Virus record (IMG/VR): IMGVR_UViG_3300032254_000001
Location: 128,001-192,000 of that record
DNA: 64,000 bases
Direction: 5' to 3' (one strand)
From: a virus
Lineage: Duplodnaviria; Caudoviricetes
Under the pieces are notes generated by a model. That model saw only the letters and a list, made by a program, of their open reading frames with translations, did not search any database and was not told the origin of the DNA. Shown here one piece after another: positions 1-8,996 of this stretch; position 1 is the stretch's first letter, and each line of letters opens with the position of its first letter. A program made the translations under genes and the position numbers.

Positions 1-349
1 CTGACGGACGAACAGTGTGCCACTCGTCATTTAAGTCGTTATAAAAATCGTATCTGTTACGCCATGTAAAGTTTACACTTACAATATCGTCTGGGCGTAT
101 ACGTTGAACATTTTCAAAGAAAGTTCTAACTATAGTTTGATTGCTGCATCCTTGTACAGCAACACATTCGTAATTCAATTCGTGTTCTGCCGCTAGCATT
201 GCCTGCCATGTACGGCGAGAATATAAATTTGTAAACCTGTTGTGTTTGCGCCATTCGCCTGGCTGAGCCCACCACTCAAAGTCACGCATGGTATCTCCCA
301 TGTCGGAGCCCCATGTAAAGCTATCGCCAAATGCTATCAGTTTAGCCAT
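1..349 (-). CDS. SGNH/GDSL hydrolase-like protein, truncated by the window edge (not in the ORF track)
   Basis: Manual translation from ATG at 349 gives MAKLIAFGDSFTWGSD...VQGCSNQTIVR, containing the block I FGDSFT motif and a block II-like GxSN motif. The frame stays open to position 1. Confidence 0.6.
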   Translation of the reverse strand, partial: MAKLIAFGDSFTWGSDMGDTMRDFEWWAQPGEWRKHNRFTNLYSRRTWQAMLAAEHELNYECVAVQGCSNQTIVRTFFENVQRIRPDDIVSVNFTWRNRYDFYNDLNDEWHTVRPS

Positions 350-573
350 AAATAAATTAGTCCCGGTATAATAATAAAAAACTGCGGTAAGAAGTTCAGA
401 AGCAATGCTTTCTGATTCCACCTATATCCTACGTAACACCACCCTGTCGCTCCGATTAGTTGCAAATAACTATTGTAAGGAACAATTCCTAAGACATGGA
501 AGACCATAGCGATAAGTATAACAACGGCAGAAAGCCACTTAACATAAAAGGTAATTTTATCTTCATCATGCAT
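337..573 (-). CDS. small membrane protein (about 3 TM segments)
   Basis: Hydrophobic ORF (YVKWLSAVVILIAMVFHVLGIVPYN...GWCYVGYRW). The start could be 573 or 582. Confidence 0.55.
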   Translation of the reverse strand: MHDEDKITFYVKWLSAVVILIAMVFHVLGIVPYNSYLQLIGATGWCYVGYRWNQKALLLNFLPQFFIIIPGLIYLWLN

Positions 574-1101
574 AATCAACAATTCCTAAACGAGTATTTC
601 ACTAATACTTGGTGCCCAAGTACAAGCAAGTATATTTACAGTGGTTACGCCATCCTAGATAAAATATCTGAATCGGATACTGTAATTGATGTCGGCTGTG
701 GAGCGAATCCATTTAAAGGTAAAATCAAAAACCTAACTGGCATTGATCCTACTGATCATGGCGCCGACGTAGTTACCACAATCGAAAACTTTGAAACCCA
801 AAACACGTACGATGTAGCACTATGCTTAGGTTCTATCAACTTTGGTGACCAGACTATTATAGCAAAACAAATAGAAAAGGTCAATAGTTTACTATCGCCA
901 AATGCTAAAGTGTTTTGGAGACTTAACCCCGGACAACACGATCACAATAACGAACTATGTCAGCAAATCGACTTCTACCCTTGGTCATTTGCTGAACTAA
1001 ATGAATTCGCTGAACAATACGGATTCGAGCAAATCAATTGCGCCCATGATACAAACGGTAAACATATGCGTTTATATGCTGAATGGACACGAGGAGAATA
1101 A
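568..1101 (+). CDS. class I SAM-dependent methyltransferase
   Basis: Motif I VIDVGCG and motif IV-like YDVALCLGSINF. Probable start is M25 of the track ORF. Confidence 0.75.
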   Translation: MHNQQFLNEYFTNTWCPSTSKYIYSGYAILDKISESDTVIDVGCGANPFKGKIKNLTGIDPTDHGADVVTTIENFETQNTYDVALCLGSINFGDQTIIAKQIEKVNSLLSPNAKVFWRLNPGQHDHNNELCQQIDFYPWSFAELNEFAEQYGFEQINCAHDTNGKHMRLYAEWTRGE

Positions 1102-1103
1102 CC

Positions 1104-1676
1104 ATGACTGACGACAAACACAAAGAACTTATTAAAACAATATTTGGCACAGACGGGTCTGACAGAGTTAGACGCTGGCAAGGACGCGGTTCATACAAGT
1201 ACAGTCATTATGCTATACTAGATAGAATTAACCCTGACACCGATTCTGTCTTAGACATCGGCTGTGGATCTAATATGTTTTACGGCAAGGTCAAAAACTT
1301 AGTTGCAATTGATCCAGTGCCTTGCTTCGATCCTGCTATTGCTCCATTTGAAGTAACTACACTAGAAGACTTTACAACTACTGAAAAGTTCGATGTTATA
1401 TTATGTCTCGGCTCAATACAGTTCGGATCTCTCGAAACAATAACTGCACAACTTGAAAAAATAAATGCATTAGCAAAACCATCAGCTAAAGTATTTTGGA
1501 GATTCCAACTGCCAAGATCTAATGTTGGACAACCTGAACTTTACTATAACTGGACGTTAGAAAAACTGCAAGAATTTGCAGACTTATACGGATTCACCCA
1601 ACAGGAAGAACATGTTGATGTCCGCTCTGATCCCAACGGGCAACACCCTCGACAGTACGTCGAGTGGGTTAGATAA
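1104..1676 (+). CDS. class I SAM-dependent methyltransferase, tandem paralog
   Basis: VLDIGCG and FDVILCLGSIQF; colinear with the upstream ORF; AGGAGA SD precedes ATG 1104. Confidence 0.75.
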   Translation: MTDDKHKELIKTIFGTDGSDRVRRWQGRGSYKYSHYAILDRINPDTDSVLDIGCGSNMFYGKVKNLVAIDPVPCFDPAIAPFEVTTLEDFTTTEKFDVILCLGSIQFGSLETITAQLEKINALAKPSAKVFWRFQLPRSNVGQPELYYNWTLEKLQEFADLYGFTQQEEHVDVRSDPNGQHPRQYVEWVR

Positions 1677-2225
1677 TTATTTTTTAATTGGTAAGTGTGC
1701 TAGCGTACGAAATGCATTCATTTCGTCGTCAGTACTGTTATAGATATTCTTGTGTGGAATTCCAGAAGCCATACGCATTTCATTTAATCCCATATCGTTA
1801 ATTTCACGATACGTCTGTGGACTAAGAATTAACTCTCTTGCTAGTACTTCTTCATCGAATGCATAATCATTATCGTTGTACGTGATAGTCCAGTCTGCTA
1901 ATTCAAGATCTGTTAGTGTTGCAAAGTCTTCTAACATTTCTTTAAGTTGTTCAATAATCTGTGTGCGGCGTTTAACTTCAACAAATACTAGGTACCTGTT
2001 TGGTTCAATTTCACCTGGTGAACGATCTGCATCTATTACCCAAGGGTAGCCAGTTTCAAACCACTTAACTAAATCTTCTGCTACGACAATATTATGTACG
2101 TAAAAGCTTAACACAATGTACGCATCGTCTTCGCCGACTTTGCTTTTAAACTCGTCAACGTATACAGTTGGCTTAATCATGTCAACACAATCCTTGTACT
2201 CAAGCCCTTCATTTAACTTATTCAT
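1677..2225 (-). CDS. hypothetical phage protein
   Basis: 182-aa ORF translationally coupled to the upstream gene; N-terminal MNKLNEG. Confidence 0.6.
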   Translation of the reverse strand: MNKLNEGLEYKDCVDMIKPTVYVDEFKSKVGEDDAYIVLSFYVHNIVVAEDLVKWFETGYPWVIDADRSPGEIEPNRYLVFVEVKRRTQIIEQLKEMLEDFATLTDLELADWTITYNDNDYAFDEEVLARELILSPQTYREINDMGLNEMRMASGIPHKNIYNSTDDEMNAFRTLAHLPIKK

Positions 2226-2653
2226 TAAAGTTCACCTGTGTGACACCAGTCACCTTTCTTTAAAATTTTAGCAATTTGGTCAACTGACATTGCTTCTGCT
2301 TTATCACCGTAATTGTCTCTTAACCAATCTTCTACGTCGTCGACATATACTTCGCAATTTAAGTACTCGGTACCTGCATTATAAATCTTCTTACGTAAGT
2401 CTGTAGGTTCAGGAGCATCGTACGTCCATTCTATGTGTTGTAACCAACGATTAGCATCCATATCTGAAATCATATGCAAGAACTGTGGTGAATTCTTTTT
2501 AAAATCATTAAGAACTTGTTCAGGACTCAATTCATACCCTGCTAACTCTATTGCCCGGGCAATAAGTCTGAGAGTCCACTCTTCACTTGAATAATCAAGT
2601 GCTTCGGTTAATTTTCTTAATTGTTCTACTTCATTAAGCGAATGGGTTTTCAT
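2225..2653 (-). CDS. hypothetical acidic protein, candidate internal head protein
   Basis: Leader MKTHSLNEVEQLRKLTEA is shared with the adjacent gene. Confidence 0.55.
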   Translation of the reverse strand: MKTHSLNEVEQLRKLTEALDYSSEEWTLRLIARAIELAGYELSPEQVLNDFKKNSPQFLHMISDMDANRWLQHIEWTYDAPEPTDLRKKIYNAGTEYLNCEVYVDDVEDWLRDNYGDKAEAMSVDQIAKILKKGDWCHTGEL

Positions 2654-2982
2654 TTAATAATACCTAAGTCATATGCATAATCAATTAATTCGTCTATTGC
2701 ACTATCATCTTCTCTTTCCAATGCAGACCAATCTTCTACATTGTATCTATCTAGGATATTTTCAGCTTGTAAGTGCCATTTCCTAGCATTACTTTTATTT
2801 GAATTGTCCATACACCAGTCATCGATCTTAGCAATTTGCTCTAGCTCACTTGAATCATCTTCGATATCAGTCATGTGCCTTTGATCAAAACCTGGACCAC
2901 CAATGCCCATTGATTCGTCAACTCGGCTCATTAAGTTTCTTAATTGTGAAACTTCATTAAGCGAATGGGTCTTCTTCAGCAT
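2650..2982 (-). CDS. hypothetical acidic protein, candidate internal head protein
   Basis: Leader MLKKTHSLNEVSQLRNL; overlaps both neighbours. Confidence 0.55.
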   Translation of the reverse strand: MLKKTHSLNEVSQLRNLMSRVDESMGIGGPGFDQRHMTDIEDDSSELEQIAKIDDWCMDNSNKSNARKWHLQAENILDRYNVEDWSALEREDDSAIDELIDYAYDLGIIK

Positions 2983-3550
2983 CTGCTTCTCCTTGGTCTT
3001 CTACTTCAGCGTCAAGCTCTTCTTCGTCGTTGTCAACGTTTGCGTCTTGATCTAAGTCTTCTTCATATCCAAGGTCTAAGTCTTCAAGATCAATTTCTTG
3101 TCCTTCAAGCTCGATACTACCGCTACGTATATCAGCGATAAGATCCTTTGGCATTGTGATTTCAACTAACCATATTGGCATTTCGTCTAGCTTAGGCTTA
3201 TTCATGCCAGGACGGAAATCATCCTCTTCTTCAACTTTACGAGGTACTTTCATTTTAGTCTTTTTGAATTTAACTTTGCAATCAAATGGTAGTAAGCGCC
3301 TAGCACCCTTTGGGTCTGGCATTAAGTGAGCTGGCCACATAAATGTACATGATACAGTGTAGCGAGCAACTTCAGGACCTTCAACTAATTCTCCTAGTAT
3401 CCAGTTCTTAAATGCATACAAGTCGATTTCGTCAAGTACGCCTTCAAAGTCTAATAAGGTGGTTAAGCTACCATCACTCAAGTATATCGTTTTGATAGTA
3501 TCGGCTATCGCCCAGTAATCTGTGTTGTTTGAAAAGAGTTCTTCGTTCAT
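2957..3550 (-). CDS. hypothetical phage protein with acidic C-terminal tail
   Basis: 197-aa ORF; TAAATA lies 5 nt before its ATG. Confidence 0.65.
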   Translation of the reverse strand: MNEELFSNNTDYWAIADTIKTIYLSDGSLTTLLDFEGVLDEIDLYAFKNWILGELVEGPEVARYTVSCTFMWPAHLMPDPKGARRLLPFDCKVKFKKTKMKVPRKVEEEDDFRPGMNKPKLDEMPIWLVEITMPKDLIADIRSGSIELEGQEIDLEDLDLGYEEDLDQDANVDNDEEELDAEVEDQGEADAEEDPFA

Positions 3551-3689
3551 AGTGTTATTTATGACTACTTTAAAGGATGTTGAAAATTGAATTCATGTAT
3601 ATTTACCGCCAAAACTAGTCATAATATGTACATATAATCAGTAACCTGACGATCTGGTTAAATAATTTAGTACATAGGAGACAATTACC

Positions 3690-4412
3690 TTGGCAAAACA
3701 AAAGAAAATGGCAAAGAAAAAAGCAGGCAGTGTAGTTAATTTTAACGAAGCTGTGAAGAGTAAAGCAAGGGAAACACAATTAGTACCCAAATCAGTAAAT
3801 CAAGAAAAGTACATATTAAGTTTATTGGACGACCAGCAAGATATAGTTATTGCATACGGTCCAGCCGGAACAGGTAAAACTTACTTAGCAATGCAAGCCG
3901 CTATCAAGAGCTTGCGATCAGGCTTATGCGATCGCATAGTTTTAACAAGACCAGCAGTGGGAGTAGAAGATGAGAAACATGGATTCCTGCCAGGAACTCT
4001 CGAAGAGAAAATGGCGCCATGGACCCGTCCATTACTAGATGTAATGAGAGAATATTATACACCATTTGAAATAACGAGAATGCTAGAAAACCAAACAGTC
4101 GAGATAGCACCCCTAGCGTTTATGCGTGGTCGTACGTTTAAAAACTCGTGGATTATTGGCGATGAGATGCAGAATGCAACTCCAGGCCAAATGAAGATGC
4201 TACTAACCCGCATAGGCGAAGGGAGTAAAATTATAATTACAGGTGATGTCGAGCAGACAGATAAGCGCAAGAAAGAAAATGGGCTTATTGATTTGTGTGC
4301 AAGGCTTCATAATCCAGTAGGTGGAATTTCAACTTGTGAGTTGAATGCTAAAGATATACAGCGCCACAGAATTATTCAAGCTGTGTTAGGAATGTATAGC
4401 GATATAGTTTAA
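3690..4412 (+). CDS. phoH: PhoH-family ATPase
   Basis: GPAGTGKT Walker A, LTRPAV, GFLPG, RGRTF and DEMQN motifs; GGAGA SD and TTG start. Confidence 0.95.
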   Translation: MAKQKKMAKKKAGSVVNFNEAVKSKARETQLVPKSVNQEKYILSLLDDQQDIVIAYGPAGTGKTYLAMQAAIKSLRSGLCDRIVLTRPAVGVEDEKHGFLPGTLEEKMAPWTRPLLDVMREYYTPFEITRMLENQTVEIAPLAFMRGRTFKNSWIIGDEMQNATPGQMKMLLTRIGEGSKIIITGDVEQTDKRKKENGLIDLCARLHNPVGGISTCELNAKDIQRHRIIQAVLGMYSDIV

Positions 4413-4445
4413 GTAGTTCGCAGATTTCTAATTAGATAAGTGGAC

Positions 4446-4475
4446 TGGACTAGCATTTAAATTGATGCTAGTCCA
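4446..4475. terminator. perfect 11-bp hairpin between convergent genes, probable terminator
   Basis: tggactagcat-N8-atgctagtcca between the phoH stop and the stop of 4485..4748; no long U tract. Confidence 0.55.
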
Positions 4476-4484
4476 TCTTCTGCG

Positions 4485-4748
4485 TTAAGAGTCTTTTTGG
4501 ATATATTTCTTATGTGCATACATTGCAAATGTTACACCTAGTGCGCCACCTGTGCCAACCCACCAAAACGCAGGCCAACCTATCTGAACTACATATAAAA
4601 TTAATGCAATTTCAGAAAATGCGATTCCGTAACTTGTTATTATTGCCCACCAATAATATTTGTGAATAACATTCTGTTGCTGGAACGATCGCAATGCCAC
4701 TAAACAAAATATAGCGAGCATTGTTAATAAGCCGCTACTCAGACTCAT
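4485..4748 (-). CDS. small membrane protein
   Basis: 87 aa with three hydrophobic segments. Confidence 0.55.
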   Translation of the reverse strand: MSLSSGLLTMLAIFCLVALRSFQQQNVIHKYYWWAIITSYGIAFSEIALILYVVQIGWPAFWWVGTGGALGVTFAMYAHKKYIQKDS

Positions 4749-5064
4749 TTACATCTTCTTTAGCATCGTTAATAATAGTGCCTACCATTTCCTTTGCTGC
4801 TTCAAGCACTTCGTACTTTGCTTCTAGTTGGGCAATCATTTCTGGATAATGGCCTTTGTAGAAGTTATTAATTGTGTCGAAGTCTCTGCCCTTTTCGTTA
4901 CCCAATTCACCTTGGAACCTTGACTTAACTATTTTACGAGTCTCGTAGTCAATGATAACTGATGCTGACTCGCTATCTCTTTTTCTAATCTTAGTGTCAA
5001 GCTTAACGCTTTCGTTATACTTGCCGCCTGGTTGTTGGAAATAAGTTACTAAAAAATATCTCAT
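4735..5064 (-). CDS. hypothetical protein
   Basis: 109-aa ORF coupled to the clamp-loader gene. Confidence 0.55.
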   Translation of the reverse strand: MRYFLVTYFQQPGGKYNESVKLDTKIRKRDSESASVIIDYETRKIVKSRFQGELGNEKGRDFDTINNFYKGHYPEMIAQLEAKYEVLEAAKEMVGTIINDAKEDVNESE

Positions 5065-5987
5065 GATTGTCCTTGTACTAACTCTATTAATGTAGCTGCT
5101 AAGTTTATTTCTGGATCAGCAACTAATGTATGATTTACTAAACCTGTGCGAATAGTTAAGATAGCTGCATCCTGCTGCTCAGCTGTTTCGCCCCATAAGT
5201 CAAGTGATTCATACATCCATCTGTACACGCCTTCTATTTCTTCTGGACGTATACTTGCACATACTACTTCACGTGCTTTTGTGTACTGCTGTTTCTTTAA
5301 CAAATCAATTACAGCAACTTTCCAATCATCGCCTGCGCCTTCGTCGCCAGCGTGTGGCTGTGCTAGTGTATTAGTAGTACTGTTCATCTGTACTAGATTT
5401 AAACACTTACGGAGGTCTGGGTATGTTGCCTTAACATAGTTGTCAAGTGTATCGATATCAAATTCAATTGTTTCTGTAATTAATATCTCAGCAACCCTTG
5501 CAGTGAATTCAGTTTGGTCAATCTTATCAATATGGAAACCCTGGCAACGTGAATGCAATGGTCCGATAATCTTGTTTGGGAAGTTACACGTCATTATGAA
5601 ACGTGCTGTCTGTGCGTACTTCTCCATTAACCCACGCAATACTGCCTGTGCGCTCGGTGTAAGATAATCAGCTTCGTCTAGCAATACAACTTTAAAGTCA
5701 CCAAATGGCATTGTCTGTACAAAGCCTTCAATCGTAGTACGAATGTATTCAACGTTATTGTCGCGACTAGCATTGATTTCTTTTACATCGTAGCTGTCAA
5801 CACCGCATTGGTTAATTAGAATTTTTGCAAGTGTAGTCTTACCAGTACCAGCAGGTCCACTGAATAGTAAATGTGGAATAGCTTTTTCATCAATCCACGT
5901 TTGGATTTGCTTCTTTTGTTCTTGATCCCTAAACACATATCCTTCGACTGTGTCTGGTCTATATTTTTCTGTCCAAAGTTCTTTCAT
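5061..5987 (-). CDS. sliding-clamp loader small subunit (RFC / T4 gp44-like AAA+ ATPase)
   Basis: LWTEKYRP, GPAGTGKTT, EINAS, LLDEAD, and SRC motif (LHSRC). Confidence 0.93.
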   Translation of the reverse strand: MKELWTEKYRPDTVEGYVFRDQEQKKQIQTWIDEKAIPHLLFSGPAGTGKTTLAKILINQCGVDSYDVKEINASRDNNVEYIRTTIEGFVQTMPFGDFKVVLLDEADYLTPSAQAVLRGLMEKYAQTARFIMTCNFPNKIIGPLHSRCQGFHIDKIDQTEFTARVAEILITETIEFDIDTLDNYVKATYPDLRKCLNLVQMNSTTNTLAQPHAGDEGAGDDWKVAVIDLLKKQQYTKAREVVCASIRPEEIEGVYRWMYESLDLWGETAEQQDAAILTIRTGLVNHTLVADPEINLAATLIELVQGQS

Positions 5988-6010
5988 TTATATTATTCTC
6001 TCTATGATAT

Positions 6011-6063
6011 ATTATACTATAACTTATTAAATAAGTCTACGTCTTTTGAATCTATTGTGTCAA
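6011..6063 (-). promoter_or_regulatory. tandem sigma70-type promoters upstream of the clamp loader
   Basis: TAGACT-17-TATAAT (6039..6011), and TTGACA-18-TAGACT further upstream. Confidence 0.6.
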
Positions 6064-6135
6064 CATTCTACAGCCGTAAAAAACCTCCGCGTGAATAATT
6101 ATACATTTATTCACTGCGAAGGTCAAACTGTTAGG

Positions 6136-6804
6136 TTATTGCTGTTCTTGGAATCCTGGCTGCCAAACTTGTGGCTCTCTTCCGCCTGATGTTTGAACTC
6201 TGATCGGACCTGGTGCTTCTCTGTGATAGTAGCGTGTCCATGTAGTATCGTAATCGTCCGGACCATAACGTTCGGTGTGATAGTCTTTAGTCATCCAACC
6301 TAGTGCTTCAACGTCACCCATTGTGTAAACTGGCTCTGCTGAGCTTGATGTGTTATGTACAACTGGTGCATAGCCTGCTTCGATTTCTGCCTTTAAACGT
6401 GCTTGACGTTTTGTAGTATTCTGCATATCGCTTTCAACGTTATCTTCGTCTAAGCCCATAGCATATTCTTTTGCTTTAGGACCTGCGTGTACAGCAAGGA
6501 ACAAAGTCCTAGGACCTTGCTTCTCTATCGTAAAGCCTGGACCTCTAATCTCAAAGCCTGCATTATTTGGTTCGTCGTCGTCATCGTCTATTCTAGTGCC
6601 CGGAAACTTTGCTGCTAATGCAGTTACCATGGCAGTTGAACTTACATTGTTAACTCCGCCGCCATGTCGCAACCACGTTTTAAGTGCGCCTGCGCTTTGT
6701 TCTCTCTCGTCTACTTTGCACCCAAGACTGACTAGGATGGATACAATTTCTTTATTCTTAGATCGAACGTTTACTGCTTCTGTGATAAATTCTGATGATT
6801 TCAT
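6136..6804 (-). CDS. hypothetical protein with capsid-targeting-like leader
   Basis: Begins MKSSEFITE (compare T4 internal protein leader MKTYQEFIAE); TAAATA 5 nt before ATG. Confidence 0.55.
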   Translation of the reverse strand: MKSSEFITEAVNVRSKNKEIVSILVSLGCKVDEREQSAGALKTWLRHGGGVNNVSSTAMVTALAAKFPGTRIDDDDDEPNNAGFEIRGPGFTIEKQGPRTLFLAVHAGPKAKEYAMGLDEDNVESDMQNTTKRQARLKAEIEAGYAPVVHNTSSSAEPVYTMGDVEALGWMTKDYHTERYGPDDYDTTWTRYYHREAPGPIRVQTSGGREPQVWQPGFQEQQ

Positions 6805-6808
6805 ATTA

Positions 6809-7234
6809 CTATTTAGCTATACTATCTCTATCAGTACCGTCGTTGTGTAATGAACCTTCAATACGATGACGATCAGAGTGTGCTACCATTGCAGTTGACC
6901 AAGTCTCATCAGTTTGTTGCTCGTCGCTTACTGCTAAGATATCGTTAGGATCAACACGACGTAAATCAATTTCTTCGTCTTCAACTTGAACTTTTAAACC
7001 ACGTGTCCAACGACCGTGCTTAACAAGTATCCATTCACCAACTTTAACATCCTTCTGCTTAGGTCCAACAGCAAGTACCTCGCCCCAACGTGGTCTAATA
7101 CCTTCAGACTTACCATTGTCAGACTGCATAATAATACCGCCTGTTGTAAGCCTCTCGTTGAATTCCATATTTTTAATTAATATATGATCGCTAACGGCTT
7201 GTATACCGTTAGCTTTGTATGTTACTAGTGACAT
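6809..7234 (-). CDS. divergent GroES/Cpn10-like co-chaperonin
   Basis: AVSDHILIK...TTGGII...GEVLAVGP...DVKVGEWILV...DILAV follows the Cpn10 pattern, with a C-terminal extension. Confidence 0.75.
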   Translation of the reverse strand: MSLVTYKANGIQAVSDHILIKNMEFNERLTTGGIIMQSDNGKSEGIRPRWGEVLAVGPKQKDVKVGEWILVKHGRWTRGLKVQVEDEEIDLRRVDPNDILAVSDEQQTDETWSTAMVAHSDRHRIEGSLHNDGTDRDSIAK

Positions 7235-7246
7235 CTTTGTTCCTGT

Positions 7247-7759
7247 TTAAATTTTCTTAACACCTGAACCACTGCGTTCTTCTTCGCGTGGCGTAGGTAG
7301 TGGTTTTTGTTCAATCTCTCTAGCTTTTGCTAATGCTGCGGCTAGTCCACCCGATGGTGCCTTTTCAAGTGCTACTGTTTCATCTGGAAGTGTAACTAGC
7401 TCTTCATCAACTTCAATGCTTACTTCATCATCCAGGCCTGCTATCATTTCATCAACTGTTACTTCTGCTGGTGCTTCTGGCTCAGGATGTGACTGCACAT
7501 ATTTTTCTGCGATAAGCTGTGCTGCTTTTTTGCTGTTAACAACTGGTACATCTTGTGCAACATTACCGATCTGTTTGCGATAGTTTTTGTTAACTTGTGA
7601 CGAACGTGTAGCTGTAGCTGTATTATTACTGTTAAGCACATCTCCACGAGCGTTAACATTCATATTACCGACCGCACGAACATTCTCATTCTTTAATATA
7701 AGCTTCTGGAGATCAACTTCCTGTCCACCTGCTGATTTGTAAATTTTGTTTCCTGACAT
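7247..7759 (-). CDS. hypothetical phage protein
   Basis: 170-aa ORF with GAGG SD and an upstream TAAATA. Confidence 0.55.
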   Translation of the reverse strand: MSGNKIYKSAGGQEVDLQKLILKNENVRAVGNMNVNARGDVLNSNNTATATRSSQVNKNYRKQIGNVAQDVPVVNSKKAAQLIAEKYVQSHPEPEAPAEVTVDEMIAGLDDEVSIEVDEELVTLPDETVALEKAPSGGLAAALAKAREIEQKPLPTPREEERSGSGVKKI

Positions 7760-7787
7760 TTTCTTACCTCTAATTATATACGTATAT

Positions 7788-8315
7788 TTATCTCAAGAAT
7801 TCGCTTGGGTCAAGTTTATAAAACATACTGTCGATTCTATGGACTTTTAATTTATACAATACATAACTAGACACGCTAGATCCACGTCCTACGCCCCAGA
7901 CTACGTTGTTTAATTCCATTATATCTACAAGATATACCATGTACCTTAGTAGATCAAATAGGTCTCGTTCCATGTACATTAATAGCTCTTCACCACATCT
8001 CTGCAACTCTGGCTCTGTGTTGCATAGACTTAATATGTGCGCGGCGATATCCATTTCTTTGTAGCTATCAGGCATGTACCATTGTTCTTGATTTTGTTTA
8101 TCAAAGTCTGTTACAGATAAATCCTCGTTCTCAGCGTACTCAACTAACGCTTGATATCCGGCCACTTTGTTTGTTTTACGTATGTCTGTGCTTGTACCGT
8201 CCATCATAAATGGGCCGGGCTGGTACTCAGGATCAGACGGATTAATATCGTGCATGAGTATATCAAACACTTCGTCTGCATCGTAAATCATTTGGCCGAA
8301 TTTATCTGTTTTCAT
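7788..8315 (-). CDS. dnaE: stand-alone fragment of DNA polymerase III alpha (PHP-end/palm-start region only)
   Basis: GVGRGSSVSSYVLYKLKVHRIDSMFYKLDPSEFLR matches the DnaE GxGRGS...LxFERFL block. The ORF stops before the catalytic PDxD. Confidence 0.75.
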   Translation of the reverse strand: MKTDKFGQMIYDADEVFDILMHDINPSDPEYQPGPFMMDGTSTDIRKTNKVAGYQALVEYAENEDLSVTDFDKQNQEQWYMPDSYKEMDIAAHILSLCNTEPELQRCGEELLMYMERDLFDLLRYMVYLVDIMELNNVVWGVGRGSSVSSYVLYKLKVHRIDSMFYKLDPSEFLR

Positions 8316-8986
8316 TTCTCAGGTTTTTTGGGCTTTGCTGGGTTAAAGTCAGCTTTAATAACTGTGCTGTCTTTCTTCTTAGACGATTTTACAACTACCG
8401 TTTCTTCCTCGCCTTCACTTTCGCTAGGCCAATCCAGTCCTAACATTTCCCATGTTACTTGCAATGGCTTAGATTTCTCATATTCTGCGACTGATGTTCC
8501 TGCTGGATATGATGTAGTACGAGTTGATGGTGATGCCCACCACTTTGCTTCGTCCTCTGCATTTACTATTAAATGCACTTCATCTTCATCGTCGCTTGAA
8601 TCCCACACGTACTTAAGCCTTCCGCTAATATCAGTCAATAGATCAGCGTCCGATATCTCAAGTGTTTCTTCAAGGATAGCATTCATCTTTGTAACTAATA
8701 CGGCCAGCACTATCGGATCAAACGGACCCGGCGATGGAACTGTTAGTACAGGAACACCTGCGCTTGCGAATGCTTTAATTGATTTAACATCTTCTTCCTG
8801 GACAAAGACACTACGCGCGGCCACTTCATATATAAAATATGTTAGTCTGTCAATGCCGATATTCTGGTCCAGTAGTTCATCACCCAGTGTATAAAAATCT
8901 ATCGTTAAATTAAATCTGTTAAAATATAATTCACCGTCGACATGTACACCTGCCATGAACTCGTATTCATTCTTTAGTCTAGCCAT
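8312..8986 (-). CDS. hypothetical phage protein
   Basis: 224-aa ORF with GAGG SD, coupled to the next gene. Confidence 0.55.
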   Translation of the reverse strand: MARLKNEYEFMAGVHVDGELYFNRFNLTIDFYTLGDELLDQNIGIDRLTYFIYEVAARSVFVQEEDVKSIKAFASAGVPVLTVPSPGPFDPIVLAVLVTKMNAILEETLEISDADLLTDISGRLKYVWDSSDDEDEVHLIVNAEDEAKWWASPSTRTTSYPAGTSVAEYEKSKPLQVTWEMLGLDWPSESEGEEETVVVKSSKKKDSTVIKADFNPAKPKKPEK

Positions 8987-8996
8987 TTAATTCCTC

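Noticed and set aside
7788-8315. Split-intein DnaE
   Set aside because: No intein N-terminal (C/S start) sequence follows, and the break is far upstream of the known split site.
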